The notes beneath the pieces are model-generated. The model was not told the origin of the DNA and searched no databases. It worked only from the letters and a program-made list of their open reading frames with translations. Position numbers and translations under genes: made by a program. This document shows positions 62,201 to 64,000 of a stretch of 64,000 bases of DNA, one piece after another (position 1 is the first letter of the stretch; each line of letters begins with the position of its first letter). Origin of the DNA: Elusimicrobiota bacterium (GTDB taxonomy: Bacteria > Elusimicrobiota > Elusimicrobia > Elusimicrobiales > UBA9959); contig JACQYT010000015.1 of NCBI GenBank assembly GCA_016208085.1, positions 2,775 to 66,774 of the forward strand, read 5' to 3'.

Positions 62201-64000
62201 ATGAATATTTTTACGGAAATTTTGCAGCGGCGCGCGGCAAGCCGGCGCGGCGGATTGTATGCCGTTGTTTTCGCGCTCTCTCTGCTTTTTTCATTCTTTG
62301 CCGCTGAGATCTCCAGCGCCGCCGTTCCCGCAAAGCTTAACTACCAGGGAATGTTAAAGGCCAATAATGTTCCTTTCCGCGGCGTTAAAACCATGAAGGT
62401 CAGGATAACCAGCTCCGACGGTTCGGCCGAGTACTGGAACTCCGGCGATATGAGCGTTGAGGTTTCAACCGGGCTCTTCTCTATTACGCTGGATGTTCCG
62501 GCTATGAACTGGGGCGCGGTCGTCCCCTATTTTGAGCTTTCCATCGGCACCACGACCCTGCTGCCCAGGGAACCCGTCACTTCTTCAATCTACGCCCTGT
62601 GGTCCTCCACCGCCGAACATGTGGTGGACGGCGCGATAACCAATTCAAAAATGTCCGGGGGAGCTTTTCCCGCCATCACAGCCATCGGCGCGCTTACCGC
62701 AAATATGGATTTCGGCGGGTTCAAAGGCGTGAATCTCGCGCTGCCGACCAGCCCCGGCGATGCCGCAAGCAAGACGTACGTAGACGACGCTATCGGCGAC
62801 GCGGGCGCCGCCGTGCTGGCGGCCACGCAAACCTTCACGGGAGTCAATACTTTCGCGGGCTGGAGCGTTTTCAGCGGCGCGCAGTTCGGGTCCGCCGCCA
62901 TGAGCACCTTCACCGCCGCCGGCGCTCTTAACCTCGCCTCCGGCCAGACCGTGCTGTTGGGCCGCGCGCCCTCCTCCGACCTGGAAGCGGCCACCAGGCT
63001 TTATGTGGACCAGGTCAGCATCGGCACCACCACCATTGCCGACGACCTGGCGACAGAGGTCGCCGATCGGACCAATGCCGACAACGCTTTAACAGCGGCG
63101 GTGAATTTAAAAGCGGTCTATCTGGACGTTAAGAACGATACCACCACCATAGCCGGCAATCTGGCGGGGGAAATGACCAATCGGATCAGCGCCGACAGCG
63201 GACTAAGCGGCCGGCTGGATACCGTCGCCAGCGACACCACGACCCTGAATAATTCAGCCGTGCATCTGGCCGGCGCGGAGAACATCGCCGGCGTAAAGAC
63301 CTTCACCTCTTCGCAGACTATAACCTCGGCGGCCGGCATTTCGGCGCCGGCGCTGACCCTGGCGGCCAATGTCGCCTTGTCGTCCGGCGCCGCGGCCGGC
63401 AACGGCGGCGGGATAGCGGTTTCAACCAATGTATACATAATCGGTTTTGCGTCCGCGACCAAATACTACGGCGACGGTTCCGGCCTGACAGGCATAAGCG
63501 CGGGCGTTGGGCACCGCCGCCAACCTCGGCATCGGAACCACTGCACCGGGAGCCAAACTGGATATCGCGGGCGTAGCAAGGATAACCACGGCCGACAACC
63601 CTCCGACATCCGGCGCCGGTTTAGAGTTCCAATACAATGCAAGCATAGGAGATATCTCGTCCCGCGACAGGGATATTCCAACTCTTAAAGCCTTAAGACT
63701 AAGAGGAGACAAAATTATACTGGAACCCACCGGCAATATCGGCATCGGGATGACGACCCCGGCAGCCAAACTGGATATTGCGGGCGCCTCAAGGATAACC
63801 GCTTCCGACAATACTCCCGCAACAGGCGCCGGCCTGGAGCTTCTATACGATTCATCTACCGGCGGGGATATCGCGGCCCGCGATAGAGAAAGCGCAGTTT
63901 TTAGGGATTTAAAATTGAGGGGGGATAAAATAATTCTGATCCCCACAAGCAATGTCGGCATCGGGACGACCAATCCCCAAGCGAAATTGGATGTTACAGG
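62201..64000 (+). CDS. Second fibre protein (paralog of 7308..11333); frame broken at about 63498-63512; continues past the window end
   Basis: Signal peptide; LNYQGMLKANN...PREPVTSSIYAL module. After the shift, the other frame reads TAANLGIGTTAPGAKLDIAG...GNIGIGMTTPAAKLDIAG...SNVGIGTTNPQAKLDVT with no stop up to 64000. Confidence 0.75.

Overview
64-kb window from a GC-rich (about 60% by eye) diderm bacterium, probably an uncultivated lineage; there is no rRNA here to place it.

Backbone genes:
- LPS core genes: lpxK, two GT9 heptosyltransferases, a NodB deacetylase, waaA and a DUF374 protein.
- secDF-yajC, tgt-queA, a SpoIID-like gene, ruvABC, yebC, tRNA-Arg(UCG), era, class II fba and pepT.
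- A DAG-type lipid kinase and an AmmeMemoRadiSam-type radical SAM enzyme.
- Two sensor kinases and two response regulators.

Accessory layers:
1. Surface loci. A secreted protein with a T9SS-type/FlgD-Ig-like C-terminal domain (CTD) is paired with a PorV/PorQ-like barrel and/or a giant fibre protein. The fibres have INYQG N-termini, GNVGIGT repeats and a phage tail-fibre-like C-terminus. Loci: 6716-11333, 27198-31998 and 57655-64000.
2. A tandem pair of GYF-like coiled-coil repeat genes (50932-54970). Both carry a conserved hydrophobic tail that sits out of frame.
3. A low-GC island (44400-46600) with a transposase fragment and a broken beta-propeller gene. Next to it is a TA-flanked, inactivated IS630-family element (47240-48887).
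4. An unexplained, non-coding, helix-rich region of about 0.6 kb (46610-47237).
5. A very dense population of palindromic elements:
   - Y-shaped TGTAGCGG REPs, with a decayed RAYT gene nearby.
   - Purine-arm/pyrimidine-arm 'word' hairpins that enclose start codons and donate N-termini, C-termini or stop codons to genes.
   - A modular composite element in four copies whose loops host other elements.

My best candidate for something undescribed is the combination of the CTD-protein/PorV-like/fibre cassettes with the start-codon-in-hairpin architecture at their junctions.

Caveat: at least five single-nucleotide frame disruptions occur in repeat-rich genes. I cannot separate assembly indels from real frameshifts using the sequence alone.
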